Shown piece after piece: positions 1 to 11,829 of a DNA stretch of 64,000 nt (positions are counted from its first letter, which is position 1; each line of letters opens with the position of its first letter). The notes below the pieces were generated by a model. The model was given only the letters and a program-made list of their open reading frames with translations. It did not search any database and had not been told where the DNA came from. Position numbers and translations under genes: made by a program. Where the stretch lies: assembly GCF_902713615.1 (NCBI RefSeq), contig NC_052149.1:75076543-75140542 (forward strand), in the 5' to 3' direction. This DNA comes from Scyliorhinus canicula. Its lineage: Eukaryota.

Positions 1-684
1 TAATTCTGACTTAGCTGCAGTAGGCAACAATAGGGTTCTTGTAAAAGACACAGCGAAATCAGGATGAGTTAAACTTAGATGATACAAGATTTCAGTTCGG
101 TCAAAATTGTGAACCATTCTCAGCAGCAAATTTGAGCGAATGATGACCAAAATAATCCAAAACGCCACCGTGGTATCTTTGGATTAGCTGAATCTACCTA
201 CACTTGTCATATGACCACGCCAACTAATCATAGCAGATCAGACCACACAGGAGGGAAAAATCATGGAGCACTGGGCAAGCCCTCATTTGACATCGAAATC
301 TCCCTGTGAGTTAGACTGCGAGTAGGCTAAACCTTTGAAAAAGTTAAAACTGTGTTGATCGGAGATTGCCCATCTGTTTCCTTAGCCTGTGCCACAAAAG
401 CTGCAGAGATACTCCAGTATTGCAACTGCAGCATAAAAACACCAAAAACATGTTTGACTTTATTGACGACACGGTGGAATGTATTATGCAGATGCGAAGA
501 CAATATGCTATGCAGAAAAAGATTACAGAGTTTTTCATGAGCTAACTCCAGACATCGTTTAATGCAAAGATCCAACCCTTTAAGGTTAGCCATTGTAATG
601 CATGAACAAATCGAATACAAGACTTTTCACACATTTACTGCTTTACCGTCTTTTCATTTGAATTTTTGTTTTTGACATAGACTG

Positions 685-1525
685 TGGCGGGATTCTTCCG
701 TTAGAGAACATCAAAATCGGGAAAGGCGATTGGGCGGAGAAAGCAGGCGCCGCTTTGACGCCAAATCGGAATGCTCCTGCACCTCGACAGCGGGGTCCGC
801 AATGCACGTATAATAGGCACTGTTTGCATATCATTAGCTGCCCGTATTCTCCGAGATTCTCTGCCACCGATGAGCTGAGTTCCCGATGGCGTGGTTAACG
901 TGTGCTTTTAAAAGTCGTGAAACCGGCGTGGCAGCTGCTGAGCTTTTTCTGCATAGCATATTGTCTTCGCATCTGCATAATACAGAAGGTGGCAAAACAT
1001 CGCCATAGTTTGCTGACAGTTGTGCCGCTGGCCCGGGGGGTGGCTAGGAGGTGGGCCGTGTCGGGTTAGGGTGGGCGGGCAGGGAACACCATTGCCGCAA
1101 CTGGCAAGGCAGCCATGCAGCTGCGCACATTGCTAACAGCCCACTGTGAACTTAGTGCCATGGGTCATATAGGTGTCCCCCCAGGGAAACCCCCTGGTGC
1201 CCTCTGCCCCCAGCCGGCCCATCAGCTGTATAGGCATGCTCCAACGGAACCAGTGCCACCTTGTTGGCTGGGATTAGTGTGTGTGTGGATGTAAAGTGTA
1301 ATGTGTATATGCGGCTGTAGCTGGTCAGCCTCCTGAGTGTCAATCACAGACCCGGTGAATCCCGCACTATTTTTCATTGGAATCGATTGCGTTCCACGCG
1401 GCACCAGTGCTAGTCCGTCAATGGTAATGGGATCAGTCCAGGCGCGCCGCCGGTTTTCCCGTCGTAAAAGTCCACAGATTCTGCGTCGGCGTCAACACTT
1501 AGTCTCAGAAACAGAATAATGGCCA
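685..1525. mobile_element. GC-rich non-autonomous DNA transposon (MITE, Harbinger-like), decayed
   Basis: Starts ggcgggattc like the other MITEs here; GC-rich block in an AT-rich intron; ends approximate. Confidence 0.6.
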
Positions 1526-2440
1526 GTATGTTCAGGCAGATCGGGTTACATCAACATGAATTCAAGTGGCAATGGGATCTCTTTGGCTATTTTGAAGCTC
1601 CACTTAACACAAATTTGTGAGCCGATCCTCTAGGATTAGATTCAATGGGATTTTACTATATCAGGAATATTCCCCCAAAAATCCAAATTTCTATCACAAT
1701 TCAGTTAGATTCAGTATCGCCATGGAAAAGGACAGAGATAAAGCAGGAGTAAAAATGTTTAAACAGGGGGAGGCAATTTTTTCGGAAATGTGAAGGCACT
1801 TGGCCGAGGTGGACTGGCCAGCACTGCTAGAGGATAAATCAATGGTAAACCAGTGGGATGTATTAAAAAATGTACAAAGTAGTCATGTCCAAAAATAAGT
1901 GATAGTGCCAAATCTAGACCCCCTCCCTGGTTGTCTAGAGGAAAACAGCAGATCAAACAGAAAAAGAAAGCATACTATAGGCACAAAGAACTAAGCACTG
2001 CAGATAGCCGAGACGAGTATAGGAAGTACAGGAATGAAGTAAAAGGGGAAATCAAAGAGGCCATAAAAAAATTAGCAAATAAAGTTAAAGAAAACCCAAA
2101 GATGTTTTACCAATATATTGAATGGTAAAAGGTTAGTTGAAGAAAAAGTAGGACCTATCAGAGATGAAGAGGAGAACTTGTGTGTAGATGCAGAGGCTGT
2201 GGGAAGGGTTTTAAATTAATATTTTTTTCTCCGTGTTAACAAAGGAAATGGATTATGCAGATATAGTAGTCCTGGAGGAATGGTGAGATTTTGGATGGGA
2301 TAATCATAAAGAGAGAGGAAGTACTCGAGGGGTTGGAATCCCTGGTTGATAAGTCTCCAGATGGATTGTTTCCGAGGCTACTGAAAGAGGTCAGGGAGGA
2401 GCTAGCAGATGGTCGGAGGATAATTTTCCAATCCTTACTT

Positions 2441-2678
2441 TTTTTTCTTAACATTTTCTTAAAATTTAGAGTACCCAATTAATGTTTTCCAATTAAAGGG
2501 AAATTTAACGTGGTCAATCCACCTACCCTGCATATCTTTAGGTTGTGGGGGCGAAACCCACGCAAACACGGGGAGAATGTGCAAACCCCACATGGACAGT
2601 GACCCAGAGCTGGGATCGAACCTGGGACCTCGGCGCCGTGAGGCAGCAGTGCTAACCACTGCGCCACCATGCTGCCCA
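2441..2678 (-). mobile_element. tRNA-derived V-SINE, short poly(A)-tailed variant
   Basis: A/B boxes, V-domain, A-rich tail; exact 15-bp TSD ttccaatccttactt (2426-2440, 2679-2693). Confidence 0.9.
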
Positions 2679-2874
2679 TTCCAATCCTTACTTGATGCAG
2701 GGGAGGTATTGGAAGGCTGGAGAAATGCAAACGTATTGTTCAAAAAGGGATTGAAGGAAATGCCAATCAATTATAGACCAGTTAGTCTTATCTCGGTGGT
2801 GGGCAAATTTGTAGCTGTCACATAGAAAGGTATGGACTAGTCAGGGATAGTCAGCATGGATTTGTTAAAGGACT

Positions 2875-3042
2875 TAATAATAATAAGCTTTTATTGTCAC
2901 AAGTATGAAGTTACTGTGAAAAGCCCCTAGTCGTCACATTTCGGCGCCTGTTCGGGTAAGCTGGTACGGGAATTGAACCCGCACTGCTGGCCTTGTTCTG
3001 CATCACAAACCAGCCGTCTAGTTCACTGAGCTAAACCAACCC
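2875..3042 (-). mobile_element. Short tRNA-derived SINE (second head type, ...gactaggggcttttcacagtaacttc...(tta)n tail)
   Basis: Pol III A/B-box head; tail shared with copies at 24747, 25339 and 27235. Confidence 0.8.
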
Positions 3043-4268
3043 TTGTCTCATAAAATTGATTAGATTCTTTGAGGAAGTGACAAGAAAGGTTGATGAAGGT
3101 AGTGCAGTGGATGTGGTGTACATGGATTATAGCAAGGTGTTTGACAAGGTCCCATACATGGCAGATTGGTCAAAAAAGTAAAAGCCCATGGGTTACATGG
3201 CAATGTAGCAAACTGGATAAAACAGTTGGCTTAGTAACAGGAAACAAAGTGTAATGGTCGATGGCTGCCATTGAAAATGGAAAGTTGTTTCAAGTGGTCT
3301 TTCCCAGGGCTCCATGTTGGGACCCTTACTGTTTGTGTTATAAATTAACGATTTGGACATGAATGCAGGCGGGGCACGATTGTGAAATTTGCAGACAACA
3401 CAGAGATTGGCCGAGCGGTGGACAGTGTAAAGCATAGCTATAATCTCCAAAATGATATTGATGGATAAGTGGAGTGGCCGATAAAGTTGCAGATGGAATT
3501 TAACACAGAGACGTGTGAGGTCATGCATTTAGGTAGGCCAAACTGATATAGGGAGTACACAATAAATAGGAATATACTAAGAGGGGCAAATGAAATGAGA
3601 GACCTTGGCGTACAAGTTTACAGGTCCCTAAAGGCAGCAGTTCAAGTAGATACGGCTGTAAAGAAAGCATATGAAATACTCTCCTTCATTGGCAGAAGTA
3701 CAGAATATAAAAGTCAGGGTACAATGTTGGAATTGTAGAAAACACTGGTGAGGCCACAACTGGAGTTTGATGTGTAATTCTGGTCACATTACAGGATGGA
3801 CATAATTGCTCTGGAGAAATTGTAGAAAAGGTTTTCAAGAATGTTGCCAGGGCTAGAAAAGTATAGGTATGGGGAGAGATTGGATAGGTTTGGATTATTT
3901 TCCTTGGAACAAAGAAGGCCGAGGGGTGACTTAATTGAGGTATAACAAAATTATGAGGGGAAGCGATAGAGTGGACAGGATAAAATTGTTTTCCTTGGTG
4001 GAAAATTCTAGAGCCAGGGGACATGGATTCAAGATAAATGGCCGAAGGTGTAGAGGGGACATGAGGAACCTTTTTACGCAGAGGGTAGTGGGAGTCTGGA
4101 ATTCGCTGCCTGGGTTGTTGGTGGAGGCAGAGACCCTAAACTCTTTTAAGATGCAGGTCCAGGTACTTTTTAAGTGCTGTAAGCTACAGGACTATGGACC
4201 GAGTGCGGGAAGGTGGGAATAGGAAAGGTACCTGGGTGTCCTTGGGCTTGCATGGACAAGATGAACCT

Positions 4269-4460
4269 AATGTTTCGAGTCCAGATAACCCTTTGTCAAA
4301 GCTAAAAGACTTAGAAAATGGGAAATATTTATACGGTAGGATGAGAGAATGAAAGATTTCCCACTTTCTAAGTCTTTAGCTTTGACAAAGGGGCATCTGG
4401 ATTCGAAACGTTGGCTCTTTGGTTTCAGATTCCAGCATCCGCAGTAATTTGCTTTTATCC
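4269..4460. mobile_element. Penelope-like terminal repeat remnant with inverted duplication and hammerhead-like motif
   Basis: Imperfect inverted arms 4269-4326 and 4356-4412; TTGACAA..GAAACGTT motif; followed by ttcagattccagcatccgcagt tail. Confidence 0.7.
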
Positions 4461-4699
4461 AGTATATGAAACAGTAAGGTTAGGTTTTGATCAGTTTTTT
4501 AAAAATCTTCTCAAACTGTTTAACTCATCTTGCTCTGTCAACTGCTAACTGACCAGAGAATTTTAAACATCTATTTCAGAGAATTTTTCCACCCATGCAT
4601 TTTTTGCCAATAAGAATGTCACAGCTGAAAATAATGGCAACTGTTGTGCCAGAGAATTTGGTAAGCACTAATATATTAACTGATTGCTTTTGTGCAACA

Positions 4700-4805
4700 G
4701 CGACCCAATCCGGGAATCGAATCTGGGACCCTGGAGCTGTGAAGCAACTGTGCTAACCACTGAGCCGCCATGCCCCCTTACTAACCACTGTGCTACCGTG
4801 CCCCC
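4700..4805 (-). mobile_element. V-SINE 5' head fragment with duplicated A-box, ~14 nt downstream of the exon 20 donor
   Basis: Minus strand reads gggggcacggtagcacagtggttag then gggggcatggcggctcagtggttag, then a B-box. Confidence 0.75.
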
Positions 4806-4818
4806 ACATGTTACTCAC

Positions 4819-4979
4819 CTGTGACAGTTCAAGCAAAGTCTGTCCACCATACTGCAGGCACAGAAAGCAAGTGCATCACAGGTTTCATTAACAATTCCAA
4901 GAAACGCATTGGTGCCAGGAATCCTGGTTAATCGGTACTTCGAACAATGGCTACCATGGACAAGGTTGGTCAGATCACC
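4819..4979 (-). CDS. CACHD1: CACHD1 exon ~20 (161 nt)
   Basis: tgatag|GGTGAT...CACAG|gtgagt; [54 protein letters not shown]. Confidence 0.95.
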
Positions 4980-7900
4980 CTATCAAAGTAGTACATGTAA
5001 ATAGCAAGAAGAAATCACAAGTATAAGTTGTTCAATTAAATTCTTCCAATAACAATTGGGTCAATGGATAAATGCAGCATGTTAATGTCTGACGCAGACC
5101 AGCTCAATCTCAAGCCTGCTAAATTGGAATGGTAACAATGGGGCTGTTACATTTGGCTGTATCATCCTGGGCCAGAGAAAATAAGTATGGATTTTTTCCC
5201 CCTGCTTGTGTAGTTCAAACCAATTATTAGTGATAGGTTTTGGCCAATTTTTCACGCCGAGTTCATTTGCATAGATTCAGGTGCAGATTTGGACAGATGC
5301 TTGCAGGAGGCCAGGGTTTAGAGCGAAGAATTACTTGCAGTTGAAATTTAAAAGAAAGGAGATAACTCTTTTTTACCCCCTTTTTTAAAAATAAATAAAT
5401 ATTTTTTCCAATTAAGGGACAATTTAGCATGGCCAATCCACCTAACCTGCACATCTTTGGGATTTTGGAGTGAAACCCACGCAGACAGTAACCCTTGGTC
5501 GAGATTGAACCTGGGTCCTCAGCGCCGTAGGCAGCAAGGCGAACCACACGCCACCATGCTGCCCATGGGAGATAATGAAAGGGTTAGAACAGGTGGGATG
5601 TCAAAAATTCGGAAAGTCTTTGTAAAGGCTTAGCTGGCACCTAAACTCATTTGCTAAGAGTGAAAGGGAAAGGGATTAAGAAAAGCTAAAATGAAAGGAA
5701 AGAAAACTCTTTTCAGGCACAAGTCTAAAGGTCATGAACAAAGCAATCCAGCAGCCAACCCAGTTTGATGACCATTTAAGTAAATATGGTGCTGGATGAG
5801 GGGCTTGTGAGGAGGTTAGTCATCTGTGCCACGACAATGTGCCGTCCCGTAGGTCATGGAAGCTTTATGAGAGATGATCTGTGCCCAATGCCCAGGGGGT
5901 TGAAGCCGGGTTACAAGCTCACTGGATGTGCCAGTCCTCTGCTGGATAGTATTGTAGGTGTCTAGAATCAGAAAATTTACAGTGCAGAAGGAGGCCATTC
6001 GGCCCATCGAGTCTGCACTGGCTCTTGGAGAGAGCATCCTACCCAAGTCCACACCTCTACCCTATCCCCATAACCCAGTAACCCCACCCAACACTGAGGG
6101 CAATTTTGGACACGAAGGGCAATTTAGCATAATCTAGCCTAACCTGCACACCTTTGGACTGTGGGAGGAAACCGGAGCACCCGGAGGAAACCCACGCACA
6201 CACGGGGAGAACGTGCAGACTCCGTACAGACAGTGACCCAAGCCAGGAATCGAACCAGGAACCCCGGAGCTGTGAAGCAATTGTGCTAACCACTATGCTA
6301 CTGTGCTGTCCTTGCAGCAGCTAGCACAGCTTTTCATCAGGCTAGCTGACAACCTATAAACCTGAAGTAGTGTCACCGGCATCGGGGTTTTGGTGGGGGC
6401 GGGAATCGCGCCGCGCCGGTCGGCGGCCGCTGGCAGAGCCCCTCCGGTGATTCTCTGGCCCGCGATGGGCCGAGTGGCCGCCGGCATAAATCAAACCAGG
6501 TCCGTACCGATGGGACCTGGTTCTACGGGCGGCCTGCAGAGTCATCCGGGGGGGGGTCTGGCCCCAGGGTCGCCTGCTCTGGCTGGCGCAGCGCCAACCC
6601 CGCCGGCGCCGGCTTAGCCCCGGAATCCTCCACACCTTCCAGGCGGCCCGACGCCCACTCCTCGGCGCCGATACAGCTCGCCCCGCCGGGTAGGGGAGAA
6701 TCCCGCCTCTGATGTTTTATGGCGAGAAAATAAACAGTGGAAGTGAAAGGGAAAGAGGAGAATCTAAAATATTCCTTGAATTTAAAGGGAAAATTGGAGA
6801 TCTTCTGGCTGTTCATGCTGTAGGATCTTCCGGTCCTTCTGATGGCACAGCCCACTGTGGGTTTCCGGGCAGTGTGGGGTGGATTCAATGGGAAGTCCCA
6901 TCGACAGTGACGGGATCAGCAGATCCCACCGACGGCCAATGGCTGACTGCCTCCCGCCATCGAGAAACACACTGCTGGGTTGCCAGGAGAATCTTGCCCT
7001 ATGACTGCACTATTTTCAGGATCAGAAAAAAGCCAACCTCAATCTGATAGATTTCAACCCAGCTCTAAATTCATATTCATGGATAGCATTCAAAGCATTA
7101 AAACAATCGACAGGAAACGACCATTGAAGTTGGTTCTATGTGAAGTATAAATGCTGTTTAGAAGCAGACTTACTACAATGCTGGTATTGAATTTGTAGAA
7201 TCGCTGCACTGTCCTGTCACTGAAACTATTGCAAAGGTTTTTCTTCACAAAATTGGGATGGTTTAGAATGTCATTCGCCACCAGAGGTTCCTGACAGGAA
7301 AAAAAAGGAAAAACGATTAGTTTGTACTTTGCCATTAAATTGTACTATGAGATGATTAGATTTTCATGTTTCTGAAACCACGCAAAATAGAGAGGTACTT
7401 GTAATCACAGCCCAGTGCATCTTCACCTTACTCAATGACTGTGAGTCCCAACAGTTTTTTTTCCTGCTTCTTGCAGTCACAGAAATATGCCACAAATATT
7501 TTATTTGTTTGATACATATTGTATGTTCTCCTTTCCACTTCTCTAAAGTAACTAGCTCCAATTATCCACAGGGATACTCCTGGAGTTGAACTGGTTAAAA
7601 CCACAGTTTATCAGCACCTAGCACTAGTATGGTTTTCACCATTTGCCCAACTTGAACCACTATAACAGTTGGAACAGTGTTGTCCAAAATAAATTAGTGA
7701 CTGGGCACTACTGCATCTATGGAGACACTGTTTTCGCCATGTACACCCAATTTCAGTGCAATGCTCCTGACATACAACAGATAAATGTGCTTCTTGTGTC
7801 TATTTATTGAACATCTACTACTGTACGGTGGTTAAGAAAGAAAATCACACACAAGCAAAATACTCACATTCTACTTTTAGTCTTATTTTATGAACAAACA

Positions 7901-10900
7901 CACAGAAGGTTAAAGTACGGAAGCATATGGCGTGCAAATAAGTACTGAAATCACATGCTCACAATTCGGTCTTTTACTCATGTAAAAATTTTATAATCAC
8001 AAATGCAATTAGTCACTGCTGGATTTCAAATTAACCACATTTAGCTACTGGCCAATAGTGGATAACATTGGAGTGAATAACATTGAATTAGAGAATTGGG
8101 TTGCAGTGTTATTTGAGGCCACTGGCCAATTCCAAGCCTTGATGAAAGGCTTCTCTAGGACCATCAATTAGCCAGTCTGCACCAATCATATTTTACCCTC
8201 AAAATACAGCCATCTGATACTGGTAGTGGGTTCCCTATCCTGCCACAGAGAATCACATTTTTTCCAACATTCTGTCGCCTGGTAGATTATCTTGGAGCCA
8301 ACACAATACCAAAGAAAACCCATTTACCTCCTGTTTATCAAAAGTACAAAAACATATTTGGTGTCACCCAAGAATTACTGGCCATGATGTGGAGATGCCG
8401 GCGTTGGACTGGGGTGAGCACAGTAAGAAGTCTTACAACACCAGGTTAAAGTCCAACAGGTTTGTTTCAAACACGAGCTTTCGGAGCACGGCTCCTTCTT
8501 CAGGTGAATCTGAAGAAGGAGCCGTGCTCCGAAAGCTCGTGTTTGAAACAAACCTGTTGGACTTTAACCTGGTGTTGTAAGACTTCTTACCAAGAATTAC
8601 TGGAACAGGAATGAGTCTCTCCAGTCTGCCATCCACTAAGTTGAGAAACGTTTGACGAATTCCATTGGTGATTGACGATGATGTTCTACTCTGTTTAAGA
8701 TTAACTCTCAAAGCTAAATTCAGAAGATATCATTTCAGTACCTTGTGGGTGATATGTTGTTGCTCCACAGGAGCGTGGCCCTTTGGGTCGATCAGAGTTG
8801 GATGTGCCAAGAGATAACCTTTATCTTCCATAATAAAGCACCTATTGAAAAAAAAAGCCAAATCAATGTAAAGAGACTAGAGGAAAGCTTCCACCACTCT
8901 AGAACAATTGAATGGCTAACTTTTACATTTAGTAGGCCACCAGCTTCTTTTTATAAGTTTTGATGAAGTAAAAAGAAAGCAGAGAACCAGACAATCTTCA
9001 TTTTTAAAAAGTAACATTAAAATGAAAAGTGAATATATGCTAATCTGAACAGTTAATATGCAGCCTCCACCACACATTGGAAAAATATCCATCTGTGCCT
9101 CCTTCCTGGGCACCCACATGGCCCAAAATAATAATGGAAATTGTCTTCTTTTGTTAATGCAAGAACAGATCAGTTACAATTGATTGATAGATTCTGGGTA
9201 ATTATTAAGTTGAATAACTTTGCGTTGTTGTTACCTGATTTTGTTGCCTCCATCTTGATTGCAGATGGGTAACAAATCCAAAAGAACCTTATAGAAGTAT
9301 CGCAGTGTAAAGTCAACACCCATCACTGCTACAGCATGTCCTGGTGCTGAAAGAGATCTTTGGCGGAAGAAAAAAAATGAATACTTTGACACATTTCTCA
9401 TTAATATCTACCTAAACAACAGTGCATCTCGTCTATTCTTTGCTGAATTTCATTTTTTTTATTTAAAAAAAATTAATTTAGAGTACGCAATTCATTTTTT
9501 CCAATTAAGGGCCAATTTAACATGGCCAATCCACCTACCCAGCACATCTTTGGGTTGTGGGGGCGAGACCCATGCAAACACAGGGAGAATGTGCAAACTC
9601 CACACGGACTGTGGCCCAGAGCCAGGATCGAACCTGGGACCTCGGCGCCGTGAGGCAGCAGTGCTAACCACTGCGTGACTGTACTGCCTCTGCTGCACTT
9701 CATTTTATCTCAAATTTTCAAATAGATTAAATGCACAGCATTCTTAAGTAATTATTTGGAAATCTACGTACAGTCAGAAATATTATGCTTGTAGCAAATG
9801 GCCAACAGTACTGGTACATTTGGGACTTCCGGCTGCGGCTATGGTTGGGTAGGTCGCCGCCAAAAACAAACTTTTGGTCCCTGTTAAGGAGCCCCAGCGG
9901 CACTTTGGTTGACGATTCCCGGTGTGGGAAGATGGCAGTAAGGTCCCCCCAGCACTGTATGGAGTAGACCAGGAGCAGTGCGGTAAAAAAAGGGGCATTA
10001 CAGAAGAGCGGAGAACAGGTGCAAAAAAGCAAGATGGCTGCGGGCGGAGACCAGGCAGCGTGGGCTCAATGGTCGCGGCAGCAGCAAGAGTTTCAACGAA
10101 GCTGCTTTGCGGAATTGAAGGCAGAGACGTTGGCCCCTATGAAGGCATCGATAGAAAAGCTGGTAGAGATCCAGAGGATGCAGGGGACAGCGATTAAAGA
10201 GGTGTAGCAGAAGGCCTCTGATAACGAGATCCTGGGCCTGGCAGTGAAGGTGGAGGTGCACAAATTCGAGGATCAGGAAAACAGGTCGAGAAGGAGGAAT
10301 TTCGGATTCTGGGTCTCCCTGAAGGTGTGGAGGGGTTGGATGCTGGGCGTATGTAGCTACGATGCTGAGCACGCTGATGGGCGCGGGAGCCTTCCCGAGG
10401 CCCTTGGAGCTGGATGGGGCGCACAGAGTCCTGGGGAGGAGACCGAGGGCGAATGAGCTGCCGAGAGCTGTGGTGGTGAGGTTTCACCGTTACACCGATA
10501 GGAAGTGCATCTTGAGATGGACGAAGGAGCGGAGCAGCAGGTGGGAGAATGGTGAAATTCGCATTTACAAGGACTGGAGTACAGAGCTGGCCAAGAAGAG
10601 GGCAGGATTCAATCGGGCCAAGGTGGTTCTCCACGGAAAGGGGGTGAAGTTTGGGCCGTTGCAGCCCGCACGACTGTGGGTCACATATCAGGACCGTCAC
10701 CACTATTTTGATACGCCGGACAAAGTGTGGACCTTTATCAAAAATTAGAAGCTGGACTCAAATTAGTGGCCTGTAGCATGTTTTGGAGGATGTTGTGGAG
10801 TGAGAGGCGGCGATATTTGTTTCTTTTTTTTCTGTGCGGGTGCTGGTCTGGGAGGGGTTGTTCCCCGCGTTCGGTGGGGGGAGAAGGGGCCGGGAACCCT

Positions 10901-11791
10901 GGGCCTCTGGGGATGGGGGTGAGGGTGAGGTTGTAGGAGAATGGAGCTGCGCCATAGAGGGTGGGGTCAGCCTGGACTGGGAGCGCGGGTTTTCTTTTCC
11001 TGTGGAAAGAGAGGGCACGGGGCCGGACACAGGGAGGCGGTATTGGACTGGAGTCTACATTGCTTTGCGGGGGTGTGGAGGGGGGGGGACTTGGGTTTTA
11101 GGAGGGAATTCTGCGGGGATCGGTGGCTGTGCGGTCGGGGTCAGCATGAGTCAGCTGACTTACGGGAGTGCAATGGGGGGAGTAGGGGGGGTCAAGCAAT
11201 TGCTTGGCCGGTGGGGGGGTTACTGGATTGCTGCTGTATTGACCGAGGGGGAGCTGGAGATAATAGGGTGAGTCGGCAGGGAGCCTCCGCCTGGGGGGCT
11301 GGAAGGAGCGGGAGACATGTGCACGTGGCTAGCCCAAAAAAGGAGATGGCTAGTCGGCAGGGGTGAGGGAGCGGCTAGTCCCCCGATACAGCTGATCACG
11401 TGGAATGAGAGAGGCCTAAATGGGCTGGTCAAGAGGGCCCGGGTATTTGCGCACTTAAAGGGACTGAAGGCAGACGTAGCCATGCTACAGGAGACGCACC
11501 TGAAAGTTGCGGATCAGACCAGGCTGAGGAAGGGATGGGTAGGGGAGGTCCTTCACTCCGGGTTGGACGCGAAGAAGAGGGGGGGGGGTAGCAATTTTGT
11601 TGAGCAAGCGTGTGACTTGAGGCGGTGGGCATTGTGGCAGATAAAGGGGGCCGGTATGTGATGGTGAGTGGTAAGCTGCAGGGGGCCTGGGTGGTGCTGG
11701 TGAATGTATATGCCCCAAATTGGGACGTTGCAGGATTCATGAAGCGAATGCCAAGTCGGATCCCGGATTTGGAGGTGGGGAACCTAATTCT

Positions 11792-11829
<38 letters not shown>

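Larger units (their letters stand above)
1830..4265 (+). mobile_element. CR1-clade LINE, 5'-truncated and decayed, interrupted by two SINEs
   Basis: ORF2 remnants KVKENPKMFYQY, SPDGLFPRLLKE, NYRPVSLISVVGK, FTQRVVGVWNSLP; multiple stops and frameshifts. Confidence 0.9.

Noticed and set aside
1-4800. CACHD1 exon 21 (expected MEQNECECPCECP...-like peptide)
   Set aside because: No matching sequence seen; probably before position 1.
8389-8711. Identical peptide on both strands, or a miRNA precursor
   Set aside because: Explained by the perfect Penelope inverted repeat; the stem is longer and more perfect than a typical pre-miRNA and has a TSD.
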